DNA of 58,894 nt, filler included. It is 5 parts of 5 records of this genome, joined end to end, with 100 filler letters (N's around TTAATTAATTAA, not from the genome) between each part and the next. Parts side by side here need not be neighbours in the genome. Positions count along the whole stretch, not along the records: positions 17,430 to 31,742 come from SRR20825010_7290; 4 more parts are not named here. The stretch is one strand, 5' to 3'. Position 1 is the first letter of the stretch; each line of letters begins with the position of its first letter. Below, in pieces: positions 18,565 to 29,404 of the stretch. Position numbers and translations under genes: made by a program. A model generated the notes under the pieces. The model was not told where the DNA came from. It saw nothing but the letters and a program-made list of their open reading frames with translations, and ran no database searches.

Positions 18565-19251
18565 TCAGGGGGCGTAGAGCTGCGCGAAGGCGCTCCGGAC
18601 AGTGATCGTAATGGCCTCAAGGCGGCGTTCGATATGCTTACGCATTTCACTCTGCGCGGCATCCGGGTCCTTGCGCTTCACCGCGTCTAGGATGCGCTTA
18701 TGCGGCTCGGTGGTGATGACGTCCGGGCCGTCGCGTTCGGATAATGTTTTCAGATCGATCAGGCGGACATAATGGATCCGGCCGTTCATGTTCTCCAGCA
18801 TGCGGACCATCTCGGCATTGCCGGAAAGCCCGGTCAGCCTCAGATGAAAATCCTCGTCCAGCTTGACCAGAGCCACCGGCGACGTGCCGGGCTGGTATTC
18901 CGCGGCATGGGATTGCTCAAGAAGACGCTCCAGCTCAAGGACATCCGCCGGGTTTGCCCGCAACGCGGCCAGCTTCACCGCCTCGCATTCGATCGCCGCG
19001 CGCGCCTCGTACAGATTCATGATCTCGGCGGGATTGAGCGAGCGGCAGAAGAATCCCTGGCCGCTCCGGGAGGTCAGAAACCCTTCGGCCACCAGCCTGT
19101 TCAGCGCCTCGCGCAGCGGCGTCCGACTGGTTTCCAGCTTCTTCGACAACTCGCTCTCGTTCAGACGGGAATCCGGCTTGAATGCGTAGTTGGCAGCCAT
19201 TTCCTTGAGCTGACAGTAGGTCCGTTCGACCGTGCCCTGGGGTCTTGTCAT
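18565..19251 (-). CDS. GntR-family (FCD domain) transcriptional regulator
   Basis: HTH LNESELSKKLETSRTPLREALNRL; FCD-type DEDFH..L..SGN and H..I motifs. Confidence 0.92.
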   Translation of the reverse strand: MTRPQGTVERTYCQLKEMAANYAFKPDSRLNESELSKKLETSRTPLREALNRLVAEGFLTSRSGQGFFCRSLNPAEIMNLYEARAAIECEAVKLAALRANPADVLELERLLEQSHAAEYQPGTSPVALVKLDEDFHLRLTGLSGNAEMVRMLENMNGRIHYVRLIDLKTLSERDGPDVITTEPHKRILDAVKRKDPDAAQSEMRKHIERRLEAITITVRSAFAQLYAP

Positions 19252-19346
19252 TCTTACTCGAAGTCCGATTTCACTGACTGGCTCTCCGTCACTGTAAAGT
19301 ATGTTCGAGAGAAAACAATTGATTCGTATTTAGTGCTGTGTATCAC

Positions 19347-19358
19347 TCTGTATACAGA
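19347..19358. promoter_or_regulatory. Putative GntR operator
   Basis: Perfect 12-bp palindrome TCTGTATACAGA, preceded by a related TGTGTATCAC, in the divergent gntR/ThDP-enzyme intergenic region. Confidence 0.6.
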
Positions 19359-19398
19359 ACTGCATTCCTCTTTTTAGCCTAACTAGGGAGACTCTCCG

Positions 19399-21120
19399 GT
19401 GGGAAGTACCATGAACGGCGCACAGGCCATCCTGAAGATGCTGGAGCTCCATGGCGTGGCGCATGTCTTCGGACTGCCCGGCGAGACGACGATCGGCTGG
19501 TACAAGGAATGGCGGCAGCATTCAAAGATCGAGTACGTCCTGACGCGGGATGAGCGGACCGCATCCTTTGCCGCCGAAGCCTATGCCAAGATCACGGGCC
19601 GTCCCTGTGTGCTGGAAGCTCCCAGCCCCGGCGTGACCCATTGCACGCCCGGCATCACGGAAGCCTATCTGAGTTCCGTTCCGGTGATCTATTTCAGCTC
19701 CGATATCCCGGTGAACCAGGACAAGAAACACGGGCTGACCGGCGTTGACCAGACGGCGCTCTATGCCAGCATCTGCAAGGAATCCTTCCACCTCACCAAC
19801 GTGAAGGAAATCCCGTTCATGCTGCGCCGCGCCTTCCGCGTGGCCACCTCCGGCCGGCCGGCACCTGTGCATATCCGGGTGCCGATCAACGTCTTCCACG
19901 AAACGGCCGAGATCGACGATCTCTATGCCGAGCCCGAATACCAGCACTATCCGGCACACCGTCCGGTGGCCGACCACGCGAAGGTCCGGGAGGCCGTCGA
20001 GGCTCTGCTCGCCGCCAGGAAGCCGGTCATCGTCTGCGGTCAGGGCGGGCTGATTTCCCGGGCGTCGGAAGTTCTCGTCGAGCTTGCCGAGCTGCTGCAG
20101 ATCCCCGTCGCGACGACCACGCCAGGCAAGGGAACGATCGCCGAAACCCATCCGCTCTCGCTGCGTGTCATCGGCGCGCGCGGCGGCATGGAATATTCGA
20201 ATGCCTATCTGAAAGACGCGGATACGGTGTTCTTTATCGGCACGAACACGGATTCGAGCTCGACGGATCACTGGCAGCTCTATGGCGACCCGAAGAGCAA
20301 GACCTTCCTGCATCTGGATATTGCCGAAGCCCATGTCGGCAACAATTTTCCGCTGAAAGTCGGCCTCGTTGGCGATGCCCGCGCCACGCTCGAATATATG
20401 GTCGAGCTGATCAAGGACGGGCACCCGGACCTGAAGCGCGAGAAACTCGACCTTACCGAGATCAAGCGCACGGCAATCGACAATGTCTTCAACTCCAACA
20501 TCCCGATGCCGGAAGGCACCATCTCGCCGGTCAAGCTGACCCAGGCGCTGGATGCCATCCTGCCGGCCAATGCCATAGTTACGGCGGAGCCGGGCGTCAG
20601 CGCGATCTATCCTTCCGCCCTGCTGTCGCTGAAACAGGCGGGCCGGGGCTATATCACCAACTACTCGATGGGCGCGCTCGGCTATTCGGTTCCGGCCGGG
20701 ATCGGGGCTTCCTACGCGAATGACGGACCTGTGATATCCTTCACCGGCGACGGCTCACTTGCCTTCGTCCTTGGAGATTTCGAAACCATCAAGCGCAGCG
20801 GGAAAAACATCACCGTCATCCTGACCCGGAACGACAATTACGGCTGGATTCGCGGCGAAGCGATCCTGCTGGACGATGTCGACGAGCCATGGTCAACCGA
20901 TTTTGGTGCCGTAGACTATATCAAGGTAGCCGAAGGCTTCGGCTTCAAGACCGCCCGGATCACCTCCGAGAGCGAGATAGAGTCGACACTGCGCGAGGCT
21001 ATCGAGCATCCTGGCGCCAGCTTCATCGAGATCATGGTCCCGTCACAGGACAAGATCATTCCCTTCGTGCCCTCCTGGGTGCGTGCCGCGAAGAAAAAGA
21101 ACCTTCCCTATTTCACCTGA
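19399..21120 (+). CDS. Thiamine diphosphate-dependent enzyme (acetolactate synthase large-subunit-like), function unknown
   Basis: VFGLPGE, catalytic Glu in TRDERTA, ATSGRPAPV, MGALGYSVPAGIG and ThDP motif GDGS...N. GTG start with AGGGAG upstream. Confidence 0.9.
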   Translation: MGSTMNGAQAILKMLELHGVAHVFGLPGETTIGWYKEWRQHSKIEYVLTRDERTASFAAEAYAKITGRPCVLEAPSPGVTHCTPGITEAYLSSVPVIYFSSDIPVNQDKKHGLTGVDQTALYASICKESFHLTNVKEIPFMLRRAFRVATSGRPAPVHIRVPINVFHETAEIDDLYAEPEYQHYPAHRPVADHAKVREAVEALLAARKPVIVCGQGGLISRASEVLVELAELLQIPVATTTPGKGTIAETHPLSLRVIGARGGMEYSNAYLKDADTVFFIGTNTDSSSTDHWQLYGDPKSKTFLHLDIAEAHVGNNFPLKVGLVGDARATLEYMVELIKDGHPDLKREKLDLTEIKRTAIDNVFNSNIPMPEGTISPVKLTQALDAILPANAIVTAEPGVSAIYPSALLSLKQAGRGYITNYSMGALGYSVPAGIGASYANDGPVISFTGDGSLAFVLGDFETIKRSGKNITVILTRNDNYGWIRGEAILLDDVDEPWSTDFGAVDYIKVAEGFGFKTARITSESEIESTLREAIEHPGASFIEIMVPSQDKIIPFVPSWVRAAKKKNLPYFT

Positions 21121-21183
21121 CAATTACGAATGGCGCGGGTAACGCGCCACATATCTCCCACAACCCTGACAGAGAGGACGATT

Positions 21184-22173
21184 ATGAAACTCTTCGGAAA
21201 ACTGACAAAGACGCTGCTCGCAGCGGCCACACTGGCCCTGCCGTTCACCGGCACCGCCACTGCGGCCGATTATCCGAGCAAGGATATCATGCACATCATG
21301 CCGTGGAGCGCCGGCGGCGGCACGGACACCGTGATGCGCACCTTCATGAACTTCGCCGAGAAGCAGCTTGAAGTCGGCATCAACACGCAGAACGTGACCG
21401 GAGCGCAGAGCGGCGTCGGCACCCTGCGGCTGATGAAGTCCCGTCCCGATGGCTACACCATCGGCTCCCTGACCTGGGACAGCGTCATCACCGTCCCGTA
21501 TTACAAGCTGGTTCCGGGTTACGATACCGAGCAGCTCGCCTATCTCGGTTCCGTGACCGTGCACCCGACCGCCCTCATCGTGAAGGCGGACGCTCCGTGG
21601 AAAAATCTTGAGGAATTCGTCGCCGCCGCCAAGGCTACGCCGGGTACGCTGAAGATCGCCAATGTCGGCACCGGTGGCGTCTGGCATCTTCCGGCCATCG
21701 ATTTCGAACAGCAGGCTGGCATCACGGTACAGCACGTGCCCTATCCGAAAGGTTCCGGCCCGCAGCGTGAAGCACTGCTCTCCGGCGAAGCCGACGCGGC
21801 ATCAACCAGCCTTTCCGCTGCCTTCGCCGCCGTTCAGTCCGGCCAGGCACGGGTTCTCGGCGTGATGTCCGACAAGCGTTCGGATCTGTTCCCGGATGTC
21901 CCGACCTTCAAGGAACAGGGTCTCGACGTTGTCTGGGGCAGCTTCCGTCTCATCGCCACCCAGGCCGATGTCGATCCGGCACAGCGCAAGGTTCTGGAAA
22001 ACGCCTTCGCCAAGGTCTTCGACATGCCTGAATTCCAGAAAGCCTCTGCCGATACCGGTATGGGTGCTGTCTGGATGAACGCGGAAGAAACGACCGCTTA
22101 CGTCAAGGCTTCCCAGACAAAAGCGTTCAAGCTGATCGACGATCTCGTCAAAGCGGGCCTGCTCAGCAAATAA
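21184..22173 (+). CDS. tctC: Tripartite tricarboxylate transporter substrate-binding protein (TctC/Bug family)
   Basis: Signal peptide, YPSKDI..IMPWSAGGGTD..MR, PDGYTI, HVPYPKG and PDVPTFKEQG. Confidence 0.93.
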   Translation: MKLFGKLTKTLLAAATLALPFTGTATAADYPSKDIMHIMPWSAGGGTDTVMRTFMNFAEKQLEVGINTQNVTGAQSGVGTLRLMKSRPDGYTIGSLTWDSVITVPYYKLVPGYDTEQLAYLGSVTVHPTALIVKADAPWKNLEEFVAAAKATPGTLKIANVGTGGVWHLPAIDFEQQAGITVQHVPYPKGSGPQREALLSGEADAASTSLSAAFAAVQSGQARVLGVMSDKRSDLFPDVPTFKEQGLDVVWGSFRLIATQADVDPAQRKVLENAFAKVFDMPEFQKASADTGMGAVWMNAEETTAYVKASQTKAFKLIDDLVKAGLLSK

Positions 22174-22184
22174 ATGTGATACTG

Positions 22185-22212
22185 CCGGGTCCGGACATAA
22201 GTTCGGACCCGG
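22185..22212 (+). other. Intercistronic stem-loop after tctC
   Basis: CCGGGTCCGGAC-ATAA-GTTCGGACCCGG (12-bp stem with one G-U pair), no U tract. Confidence 0.6.
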
Positions 22213-22294
22213 TGCATCCCCCGTTTCCATCCCGGAGAATGCCCGGAGTCTTTCCGGCCGACACCGCCCCGATGTACAGGGAAGAGACTTCGAA

Positions 22295-22789
22295 ATGACA
22301 AGGATACTGAACGGTCAGGTCATATTCGCCCTCACGCTTACCGCGCTGAATACCGTTTATGCGAGCCAGGTACTGCAAATGGACCGACCATTCGCCTCTG
22401 GCGAGCCGGGTCCGGCTTTCCTGCCCTCGATGCTCTGCATTTTCATCTATCTGGCGGTCGCACGTATCCTCTTCACCGAGATCCGCGCCCAGGCACCTGC
22501 CGCAACCGATGCCATCCAGTCAGAGCACGTGCCGCACATCCGGCTCGTCGGACCTCTGATCGCCGTCGGACTGACAGTTCTGTTCATCATCGGTTTCTTC
22601 TACCTCGGCTATCTGGTTTCGGCTTTCCTCTACACGTTCATGATTGCCTTCTTCTTCGATTTCGAGCGGCGCGGCGCCTGGCGCCCTTCAGCCCTTCTTG
22701 CCGCCGCGATCGCTTTTGGGGTCACGCTTTTCGGCTGGCTTTTCTTCGTGAAGATATTCGAGCTTTATCTTCCGGTTTGGGAGTTCTGA
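22295..22789 (+). CDS. tctB: TTT small membrane subunit TctB
   Basis: About 4-5 TM helices, EPGPAFLP motif, C-terminal F..LYLP. Lies between tctC and tctA. Confidence 0.85.
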   Translation: MTRILNGQVIFALTLTALNTVYASQVLQMDRPFASGEPGPAFLPSMLCIFIYLAVARILFTEIRAQAPAATDAIQSEHVPHIRLVGPLIAVGLTVLFIIGFFYLGYLVSAFLYTFMIAFFFDFERRGAWRPSALLAAAIAFGVTLFGWLFFVKIFELYLPVWEF

Positions 22790-22790
22790 G

Positions 22791-24311
22791 ATGATTGCCC
22801 AGATAGCTGACGGCTTCCTCGCACTCGCCAATCCCTTCACCTTCCTGCATCTGATCGGCGGCTTCCTGCTCGGTCTGGTATTCGGCGCCATTCCCGGACT
22901 GACCGCTACCCTGGCCATTGCCCTGCTGCTGCCATTCACCTTCGGGATGAACGTCTCCGATGCGCTGGTGATGGTCGCCGGGATCTATATGGCCGGGATC
23001 TATTCCGGCTCGATCACCGGCATCACGCTGAACATTCCGGGCGCACCGTCAGGCGCGATCACGACGATTGACGGCCATGCCCTGATGAAACGCGGGGAAG
23101 GCCCGCAGGCTCTCGGCGTCAGTGCGCTCTCCTCCGCCATCGGCGGGCTGATCGGTGCCGTGGTGCTGATCGCCCTGGCCCAGCCGGTCAGCTCCCTCGC
23201 CCTGCTGTTCCAGACCCCGGACAAGTTCTCGCTGGTCCTGCTCGCCATCGTGACGGTCACCATCGTCGCCTCGGGATCGCTGATGAAGGCCATGACCGCC
23301 ATGGCCATCGGCCTGATGATTTCCACCGTCGGCATCGACCCGATGGTTCCGGTCGGACGTTTCGATTTCGGCAGCTATCACCTGATCGAGGGTATCGGCC
23401 TTTTGCCGGCGGTGATCGGTCTCTTCGCCGTATGCGAGCTGATCGCCCAGGCGGCCATGCCGGCCGCCGCCGGTATGGCCCGGAATGTCGCAAAGGTCGA
23501 CCGCCCTAGGCGCAGAGATTTCCTTCCGAGCCGGGAAAAGCTGAAGGAAGTCGGCGTGGTCACCTATCTGAAAAGCTCCGTCATCGGTGTTCTGATCGGC
23601 ATGCTGCCCGGCGGCGGGGCATCGATGGCATCCTTCATCGCCTATGCAGAAGCCAAGCGCGGCGCCAAGCATCCGGAGAAATTCGGTAACGGCTCCTATG
23701 AAGGGCTTGCCGCCTCCGAGTCCGCGAACAACGCCATGTGCGGCGGCGCCGTAATTCCGCTGCTGACCATGGGCATCCCCGGCGACGCGGTCACCGCGAT
23801 CATCTTCGGCGTGCTGCTGATCCACGGTCTGGTTCCGGGACCGGCACTGCTCGGCAGCAATTTCGGCGTCATCGCGCCGATGTTCGCCGCCCTGTTCGTC
23901 TCTTCCATCCTCGTCTTCGTCTCGGTCATCACCTTCGGGCCGATCTATCTGCGGCTTTCGCAGATCAACCGGGGTCTGCTCTATGCCTTCATCGCGATGA
24001 TCTCGATGGTCGGCGTCTACGCCTCTTCCTTCTCGATCTTCCAGATGTGGATGGCACTGGCGATCGGCGTGCTTGCCTTCCTGCTGCGCGCCTTCGGCTA
24101 TCCGGTGGTACCTGCGCTCATGGGCGTGATCCTCGGCCCTTATTTCGAGGAATTCCTGCGCCGCTCGCTGATCGTTTCCGATGGCGATCCGACGATCTTC
24201 CTGCGCAGCCCCGCAAGCGTCATTCTGCTCGTGCTGACCGGATTGTTCGTCTGGCTGCTGCGGATCCGCCCGGCGCTGCGCGCCCGCCGGGACGCGGCGG
24301 GACAGGCCTGA
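22791..24311 (+). CDS. tctA: TTT large membrane subunit TctA
   Basis: GAIPGL, NIPGAPS, GMLPGGGA, ESANNA and LTMGIPG motifs. Confidence 0.95.
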   Translation: MIAQIADGFLALANPFTFLHLIGGFLLGLVFGAIPGLTATLAIALLLPFTFGMNVSDALVMVAGIYMAGIYSGSITGITLNIPGAPSGAITTIDGHALMKRGEGPQALGVSALSSAIGGLIGAVVLIALAQPVSSLALLFQTPDKFSLVLLAIVTVTIVASGSLMKAMTAMAIGLMISTVGIDPMVPVGRFDFGSYHLIEGIGLLPAVIGLFAVCELIAQAAMPAAAGMARNVAKVDRPRRRDFLPSREKLKEVGVVTYLKSSVIGVLIGMLPGGGASMASFIAYAEAKRGAKHPEKFGNGSYEGLAASESANNAMCGGAVIPLLTMGIPGDAVTAIIFGVLLIHGLVPGPALLGSNFGVIAPMFAALFVSSILVFVSVITFGPIYLRLSQINRGLLYAFIAMISMVGVYASSFSIFQMWMALAIGVLAFLLRAFGYPVVPALMGVILGPYFEEFLRRSLIVSDGDPTIFLRSPASVILLVLTGLFVWLLRIRPALRARRDAAGQA

Positions 24312-24346
24312 CCCTCACTTCATGAGGTATCTCAGGCTTCCAGCTC

Positions 24347-25612
24347 TCAGGCAGCCCCGGCGACCCGCGCCGGGCGCCGCCCGTCGAGCTGGTACCAGAG
24401 GAACAGGGCAATGCCGAGATTGAGCAGGTTCCAGGCCACGCCGTTCAGAAAGGCCGCGTCGTAGGACAGGGTCATGTCGTAGATCTTGCCCGACATCCAG
24501 CCGCCAAGCGCCATGCCAAGCAGCGTCGCCGACAGAACCAGCCCCACCCGGGTGCCTGCCTCCGCGGCCGGGAAGACCCGCCGCACAATCAGCGCATAGG
24601 TTGGCACAATGCCGCCCTGGGCCAGGCCGAACAGCGCCGAGACGGCATAGAGGGAAAACAGTCCGGTAAAGGGCAGAAACAACAGCAACGACAGTCCCTG
24701 CATGACCGACGACAGAAGCAGCGTCGGCAAGGCGCCTATCCTGTCGGCAATCCAGCCGAACAGAAGCCGGCTGACAATGCCGGTGGCCAGCATCAGGGAC
24801 AGCATCTCCGCGCCTCGTGCCGTGCCGTAGCCGAGATCTCCGCAATAGGCGACGATATGAACCTGCGGCATCGCCATGGCGACACAGCAGCTGATACCGG
24901 CAACCAGAAGCAATCCCTGCACGGCGGGGCGCGGCAAGGCGCCTTCATAGCTCTCCTGCAGACCGCCGGCCGCCGTGCCGGACAATGTGCCCGGCGCCGG
25001 CACAGGTGCGGTTGGCGTGCGTGCCCGCAGAGCCGCCGAGAGCGGCAACAAGGTACAGAGGCAGATGCCTGCGATGATCATGTGCGTGTCGCGCCAGCCA
25101 TACGCATCGACAAAATACTGCACCATGGGTGGCCAGATCGTGCCCGCGAGATAGCTTCCGCTGGCGCCAATGGCGACGGCAATCCCGCGTCTGCGCTGAA
25201 ACCAGTGCGTGACGTCGGAAATCACCGGCCCGAAGCTGGCGGAACTGCCGAGCATGCCGACCAGCAGCCCCTGAAGCATTGCGAACTGCCAGAGCGTTTC
25301 CGCCTGCGAGGACAATCCATAACCGAGCGCAAGAGCGACCGCGCCGAAGCGCAGAGGCACCACAATGCCATACCGGTCAGCCAGCTTTCCCATCAGGATT
25401 CCGCCGACGGCAAAGCCGATCATGGTCACCGTATAGGGTAGCGAGGCATCGGCCCGGGCCAGATTAAAGTCCGCCTCCACCGCCGGCAGAATAACCACGA
25501 CGGACCACAGGCCCACACCGCCGATCATGCTGATCAGCAGCGACATGGAAAGCCGGAACCAGGCGTAGGGACTGTCGACTTCCCGCTCCGCCAGAATGGA
25601 CGTGATCTTCAT
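24347..25612 (-). CDS. MFS transporter
   Basis: About 12 hydrophobic helices; motif A GKLADRYG and GWIADRIG; WFQRRRGIA. Confidence 0.9.
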   Translation of the reverse strand: MKITSILAEREVDSPYAWFRLSMSLLISMIGGVGLWSVVVILPAVEADFNLARADASLPYTVTMIGFAVGGILMGKLADRYGIVVPLRFGAVALALGYGLSSQAETLWQFAMLQGLLVGMLGSSASFGPVISDVTHWFQRRRGIAVAIGASGSYLAGTIWPPMVQYFVDAYGWRDTHMIIAGICLCTLLPLSAALRARTPTAPVPAPGTLSGTAAGGLQESYEGALPRPAVQGLLLVAGISCCVAMAMPQVHIVAYCGDLGYGTARGAEMLSLMLATGIVSRLLFGWIADRIGALPTLLLSSVMQGLSLLLFLPFTGLFSLYAVSALFGLAQGGIVPTYALIVRRVFPAAEAGTRVGLVLSATLLGMALGGWMSGKIYDMTLSYDAAFLNGVAWNLLNLGIALFLWYQLDGRRPARVAGAA

Positions 25613-25889
25613 CTGTATGGCTTGCCTAAGCTGAATGAATTTCCCGCATCACCAGGCGGAACATTGCCGGAAGACGTTAGCCGAGACAGCCCTAGGCGCA
25701 TAGCCGCGTCTTACGACCATAGATATCAATGAACTGGTGAACCACGTCCAGTCCCCCCGCAGCACAAAAGCCATATAAAAATCGAAACTACCCGCCTCAA
25801 TCCTGTCAGCATAAAAGAGAAATAAATGATCAGGCTCACTCGCCTGGCTGAACAATTGCGAAATGCAAGGAACTGCAGGGAGCCACCGC

Positions 25890-27078
<1,189 letters not shown>

Positions 27079-27089
<11 letters not shown>

Positions 27090-27115
27090 GCGGCTAGCCG
27101 CCCTCTCCACCCTTT
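27079..27115 (+). terminator. Probable terminator hairpin between the convergent CoA transferase and oxidoreductase genes
   Basis: GGGTGGAG...CTCCACCC stem overlapping the stop codon, followed by TTT. Confidence 0.5.
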
Positions 27116-27134
27116 ATCCGGTCTTGGCGAGCGT

Positions 27135-28124
27135 TCAGATCTCGACGACAACCTTGCCGATGGCCTGCCCGCTGGTCAGCCGGTCATAGGCCTGCCCGAC
27201 ATCAGCAAACCCGAACGTCTTTTCATCCAGAAGCGGCGTCAGCTTGCCCGCATCCACGATTGCGGCTAGTTCCGTCAGGATGGCCCCGTGCTCTTCCCGC
27301 TTATGACCGTGAATCATCGGGATCAGCATGAAGACGACATGCAGGGACAGTCCCTTGAAGTGCGCCGGCGTCAGATCCAGCTCGACCATGGATACCGTTG
27401 TGGCGACATTACCGTTCAAGGCAGCCGCTTCGAAGGAGTTCGCCAGATTGGCGCCGCCGACCGAGTCATAGACAATATCGAACCCGGCACCGCCCGTATG
27501 TTTGTTCACATAGTCCGAAACGGTCTCGGTTTTATAATTGATGGCGATGGCGCCATATCCTTCGACGATCGTAGCCTGCTCCTCGCCGGAAACCGTTGCA
27601 TAGACCTCGGCCCCGGAATGCTTGGCAAGCTGGACAGCAACATGCCCCACGCCGCCTGCGCCACCATGAACCAGAACCTTCTGGCCAGCGCGAACGTTGG
27701 CGCGCTGCAGCCCCTCAAAGGCGGTGATTCCAACCAGAGGCAGAGCCGCCGCTTCGCGCATCGAAAGAGATTTCGGTTTGTGCGCGATCAACCTGGCATC
27801 CGCCGGTATGTATTCCGCGAGCGCTCCCTGCAAATCCGTGAGCCCTCCGGCGCAGCCATAGACCTCGTCGCCCGGCGCGAAACCGGTGACACCTTCGCCA
27901 ACGGCTTCAACGATACCGGCGAAATCCATACCGAGCACTGCCGGCAGATCGGGTGATATAGGCAGATTTTCCTGCCCCATTTGACGGATCATCGTATCGA
28001 CCGTGTTCACGCTTGTCGCAGCGACACGGACCAGCACATGTCCGGCCTTTACGGAAGGTTGGGGGAGTTCAGTTTCTGTGAATGTAGCGTTTTCGCCATA
28101 TTCGTTGAGGATCATTGCTTTCAT
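27135..28124 (-). CDS. MDR-family (quinone oxidoreductase-like, zinc-independent) oxidoreductase
   Basis: SVNTVD, LGMDFAG, AAALPLVGITA, HGGAGGVG and GKVVVEI. No Zn-ligand Cys cluster. Confidence 0.9.
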   Translation of the reverse strand: MKAMILNEYGENATFTETELPQPSVKAGHVLVRVAATSVNTVDTMIRQMGQENLPISPDLPAVLGMDFAGIVEAVGEGVTGFAPGDEVYGCAGGLTDLQGALAEYIPADARLIAHKPKSLSMREAAALPLVGITAFEGLQRANVRAGQKVLVHGGAGGVGHVAVQLAKHSGAEVYATVSGEEQATIVEGYGAIAINYKTETVSDYVNKHTGGAGFDIVYDSVGGANLANSFEAAALNGNVATTVSMVELDLTPAHFKGLSLHVVFMLIPMIHGHKREEHGAILTELAAIVDAGKLTPLLDEKTFGFADVGQAYDRLTSGQAIGKVVVEI

Positions 28125-28245
28125 CGGACATCTCCAGCGGGATAACTGTTCAGTCCGGAAGATATAATTTTTATATTACCTATATAAACTGACATTAATC
28201 AGAATTAGTTTTCGGATTTTCAATATAACAGATCCAAGAACCCTC

Positions 28246-29154
28246 TCATTTTTCCCAGATCGGCGGATCGCCAATCTTCTCCAACAGAAAATCGATGAAC
28301 ACCCGGACTTTCGCCGTCAGGACATTTGACTTTGGATAGACCAGCCAGATCGCTGATCTATCCTCGATCTCGTAATCGGGCAAAACCCGCACGAGGGATC
28401 CTTCCCGGATTTCCCTGTGCACGCTCCAGATCGAATTCACCGAAATACCGACACCCGCCGTGGTCGCAATGCGCATGCTCGCGCCGTCATCACATTCGAC
28501 GCGCTTTCTGGCGCCAGGCGGAGGAAACATGCCGGCCGGCTTGCCGTCATCGGCCAGCAGATTGCGCGCAGAACCTTTCATGAAGATCAGCATCTGATGC
28601 TGCTCCAGATCCTCGGGCAGATGGGGTGTTCCATGCCGGGCCAGATAATCCGGAGACGCACAGAGAATGCGCGTGTCATCAGCCAGCTTTCGTGCCCGGA
28701 GACTACTGTCCTCAATGGCATAGTTGCGCAAGGCGAGATCAAAACCGCCTTCGATGAGGTTCGTCTGCATATCGGAGAAATTGAGCTCGAGATTCACGCC
28801 AGGATAACGATCGAGGAATTCCGGCAGGATCGGGGCAATGAAAAGCTGGGCAAAGGAACTGGACGCGGCAAAACGCAGCGTTCCCCGAACTTCCGGACTG
28901 CCATGCCCCAGCGCGGCAAGTGCGGCATCTTCCTGCGCCAGGATCTCCCGGGCAAAGGGCAGGAACTCGGCACCTTCCAGCGACAGGGATACCTTCCTGG
29001 TAGAGCGGTGCAACAGATCCGCACCCACCTGATTTTCCAGCTTGGCAAGCCGCGCGCTCGCAACGGCGGGCGCCAGACCAAGTTGGCGTCCGGCGGCGCT
29101 GATATTGAGCATGTCCGCTGCCTTTACGAAAAGGCGAATGCCTTCAGTGTCCAT
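28246..29154 (-). CDS. LysR-family regulator (CrgA/DmlR-like), here LysR1
   Basis: NISAAGRQLG..VASARLAKLE..LLHRSTRKVSLS, EGGFDLALR and AKVRVFIDFL. Start set at ATG 29154. Confidence 0.93.
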   Translation of the reverse strand: MDTEGIRLFVKAADMLNISAAGRQLGLAPAVASARLAKLENQVGADLLHRSTRKVSLSLEGAEFLPFAREILAQEDAALAALGHGSPEVRGTLRFAASSSFAQLFIAPILPEFLDRYPGVNLELNFSDMQTNLIEGGFDLALRNYAIEDSSLRARKLADDTRILCASPDYLARHGTPHLPEDLEQHQMLIFMKGSARNLLADDGKPAGMFPPPGARKRVECDDGASMRIATTAGVGISVNSIWSVHREIREGSLVRVLPDYEIEDRSAIWLVYPKSNVLTAKVRVFIDFLLEKIGDPPIWEK

Positions 29155-29404
29155 CACATTATGCCAAAAACACGAAAACTGATGGCAAGACAGCAGCCTT
29201 TGGCAAGTCAAACAAGTGGAAACGAGCAACAAGAAACTGGCGAGACCGTCTCCGATAGCGGACCTCCTGCCAGAGTTTTGATTATTGAAGTGGACCAAGG
29301 TCCGAGCAGCGCCGCAAGATGACGACTCTGCAAACGAGTGCGTGCGCCGTCACGTCGAACAATCGTCCACCGCTGATCCGATATGACTACCCCACCGCTT
29401 TCTC

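Noticed and set aside
29259..29304. CGGACCT...AGGTCCG inverted repeat between the two LysR genes as a possible cassette recombination site
   Set aside because: Only 7 bp, with no attC-like architecture and no integrase in the fragment.
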